Assembly: GCA_002256025.1 (NCBI GenBank)
Contig: NKIB01015191.1
Coordinates: 1-37,746, forward strand
Direction of reading: 5' to 3'
Length of the DNA stretch: 37,746 bases
From: Asterionella formosa
Lineage: Eukaryota
Below the pieces are notes generated by a model. It was not told the origin of the DNA. It made no database searches and worked only from the letters and a program-made list of their open reading frames with translations. Positions within the stretch are counted from its first letter, which is position 1. Every line of letters begins with the position of its first letter. Positions 35,970 to 37,746 of the stretch are shown here, piece after piece. A program made the translations under genes and the position numbers.

Positions 35970-37412
35970 CTACTCTTCGTTGTTACCAGTGACTAACGCT
36001 GTAGTCTCGCTGATAAATGAATCGTTCAAACTCATTTTCCGTTCTTGAATGCTGTCACTGATGCGTTGCCAGTCTGCAGTCGTATAGACGATTACAATGA
36101 TAGCATTTAGAATCGCATAGAAGATTGGTAAGTGATCCCATATAGCCGGCACGCCTCCACCCTTCCGAATGGCGACATGTACTATGACTGGCAGAGCGAT
36201 GCACCAAAGAATGGTACATATCACAGCTGCTAATTTCCATTGTAATCCAAGGGCTCGCATGATTCCTGAGTTGATTCCAAAAATAAAAATCATCACGATG
36301 TATATGCAAACATTGAACCAAATTTTCTGGCAGCCCTCAACGACCTCTTTGTCTTTAGAGAATAGTCCAATAATCTCATCTTGTAGGTGATAAATTGTCG
36401 TTACCAATACGAGAGCAACCATAATTGCGCAGCCCATGCAACCAGCTGCTAAAAGCTGTGCCTTCTTGACGGACTCGCCAAGGACGTGGCCGATTCGAAT
36501 ACTTAGCCCAATCGAGAGGCCCAAGGGGATCATAAACATTACAGGAATCAGATTATATGCGATAGAATGAATGCATAAAGGCACCACCCCCAAATGTCCC
36601 ACCAAAAAGCAAATAGCCTCCCAAAAGTACCATTCGCTCATTGATAATAAGCCACCTGACGACAACGAGATGAAGGTTACCATCGGACCCAATGACACAG
36701 CCTCGCTGATCGCAGACAACGACAGTCCTGGCCACGATTCAGCCTTGTAAGAGGGTTTCCAATGAATATATACAAGTACCAGCATTGCTTGCATCATTTG
36801 AGTTAGAACGATAGCAAAACCACTTCCATCGAAACCGAACGACGGCACAAATAATCGTAAAAGAAGTGGATGAATCAGAAAGCACCCAATAACAGCACTG
36901 CATAACATTGGCCAAACAATATGTTGGCATGCAAGAAAGCGTTGAAGCGTTCGAAAGAACAAAACAAACGGAACACCTAGAATGTAGATTCGGAGCCAAT
37001 TCGCTGCCAAGTCGGCAGCAATAGGATCCTGGCCCAGGTCGTGAAATATTCTGTCCATAGCAGTGCCGAGCAAAAGAAGAGGAATAACCAAGACCATTCC
37101 ACACAGAATAAATCCCCGAATGGCTAGTTCGCCAATTTCTCTGTAATTACCAACTGCGAAAGCTCGAGGCATTAACGTATCCGCTGCTGTCAATACTCCC
37201 ATAATGATAGACAGACACGACATATTTCCAGTAAGTGACGCCAGTGAGAAACCAGCCAGTTCCTCTGTCCCTAAATTTCGGCCGACAACTGATGCAGTCT
37301 GTGGATAGATGAAATAGATACTAAATTGAATTGCTACTGTAGGAAGCGCGATGTTGACGAGCAGCCGAACTTCCTGAAACCAATCAATGGCTGAAGAATC
37401 TTTGTTCTGCAT
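35970..37412 (-). CDS. MATE family efflux transporter, 480 aa
   Basis: About 12 hydrophobic helices; GRNLGTEELAGFSLA, AADTL, RFLACQ, SEWYFWE, PLGLSIGLSIRIGHVLG, SGIMRALG. Confidence 0.93.
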   Translation of the reverse strand: MQNKDSSAIDWFQEVRLLVNIALPTVAIQFSIYFIYPQTASVVGRNLGTEELAGFSLASLTGNMSCLSIIMGVLTAADTLMPRAFAVGNYREIGELAIRGFILCGMVLVIPLLLLGTAMDRIFHDLGQDPIAADLAANWLRIYILGVPFVLFFRTLQRFLACQHIVWPMLCSAVIGCFLIHPLLLRLFVPSFGFDGSGFAIVLTQMMQAMLVLVYIHWKPSYKAESWPGLSLSAISEAVSLGPMVTFISLSSGGLLSMSEWYFWEAICFLVGHLGVVPLCIHSIAYNLIPVMFMIPLGLSIGLSIRIGHVLGESVKKAQLLAAGCMGCAIMVALVLVTTIYHLQDEIIGLFSKDKEVVEGCQKIWFNVCIYIVMIFIFGINSGIMRALGLQWKLAAVICTILWCIALPVIVHVAIRKGGGVPAIWDHLPIFYAILNAIIVIVYTTADWQRISDSIQERKMSLNDSFISETTALVTGNNEE

Positions 37413-37746
37413 GATTTCAAAACGAATAATAACCTCTGGTTGTTCGTTCTTTGCTGTTACAAGGCTGCTACTCTACTTTGCATGAATGAACTCTATTGCT
37501 CGTCGAGTTCGATTGTGGCACCGTGATATGTACAAAAGCAACAAACAAACGACTCTGATGTGGCATCATTGAAATTCGATCAGCAAAAATGTTCTGTTCC
37601 CACTACAATTTCGTTGGAATTGGGAACTGTTCGAATACAAATATGAAATCAATGTATTCCTTTGTTGCTTTTCTAATCTGTCGTTGTCTAGTACCGGTAC
37701 CACCACCGCCGTAATTCATTGACGCGGCATCCTTATTACCGGTACC

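Noticed and set aside
32375..37412. Metal-homeostasis gene cluster (hydroxylase, rhodanese, ZNG1, MATE)
   Set aside because: No shared pathway is evident; adjacency alone is not evidence.

Overview
Eukaryotic genomic DNA, most likely a diatom (short GT-AG introns, a bipartite plastid-targeting presequence, an FEA1-like protein). Ten protein-coding genes can be reconstructed: a ~2191-aa type I membrane protein with six FEA1-like units in an (AB)3 arrangement; a ~2590-aa DOCK-C/D-like protein that stops before DHR-2 lobe C; a small IQ-motif protein; a 2OG-Fe(II) oxygenase; a DDHD phospholipase; a ZMYND10-like protein without its MYND finger; a plastid-targeted fatty-acid-hydroxylase-superfamily protein; a rhodanese; a ZNG1/CobW GTPase; and a MATE transporter. 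CpG-depleted spacers between genes hold five copies of two tRNA-derived SINE-like families (two copies with target-site duplications) and a decayed KRBA2/SCAND3 (Ginger2-like) integrase. The palindrome TACCGGTA occurs at least 10 times, always outside coding sequence. All family assignments come from motifs recognised by eye; no database search was run.
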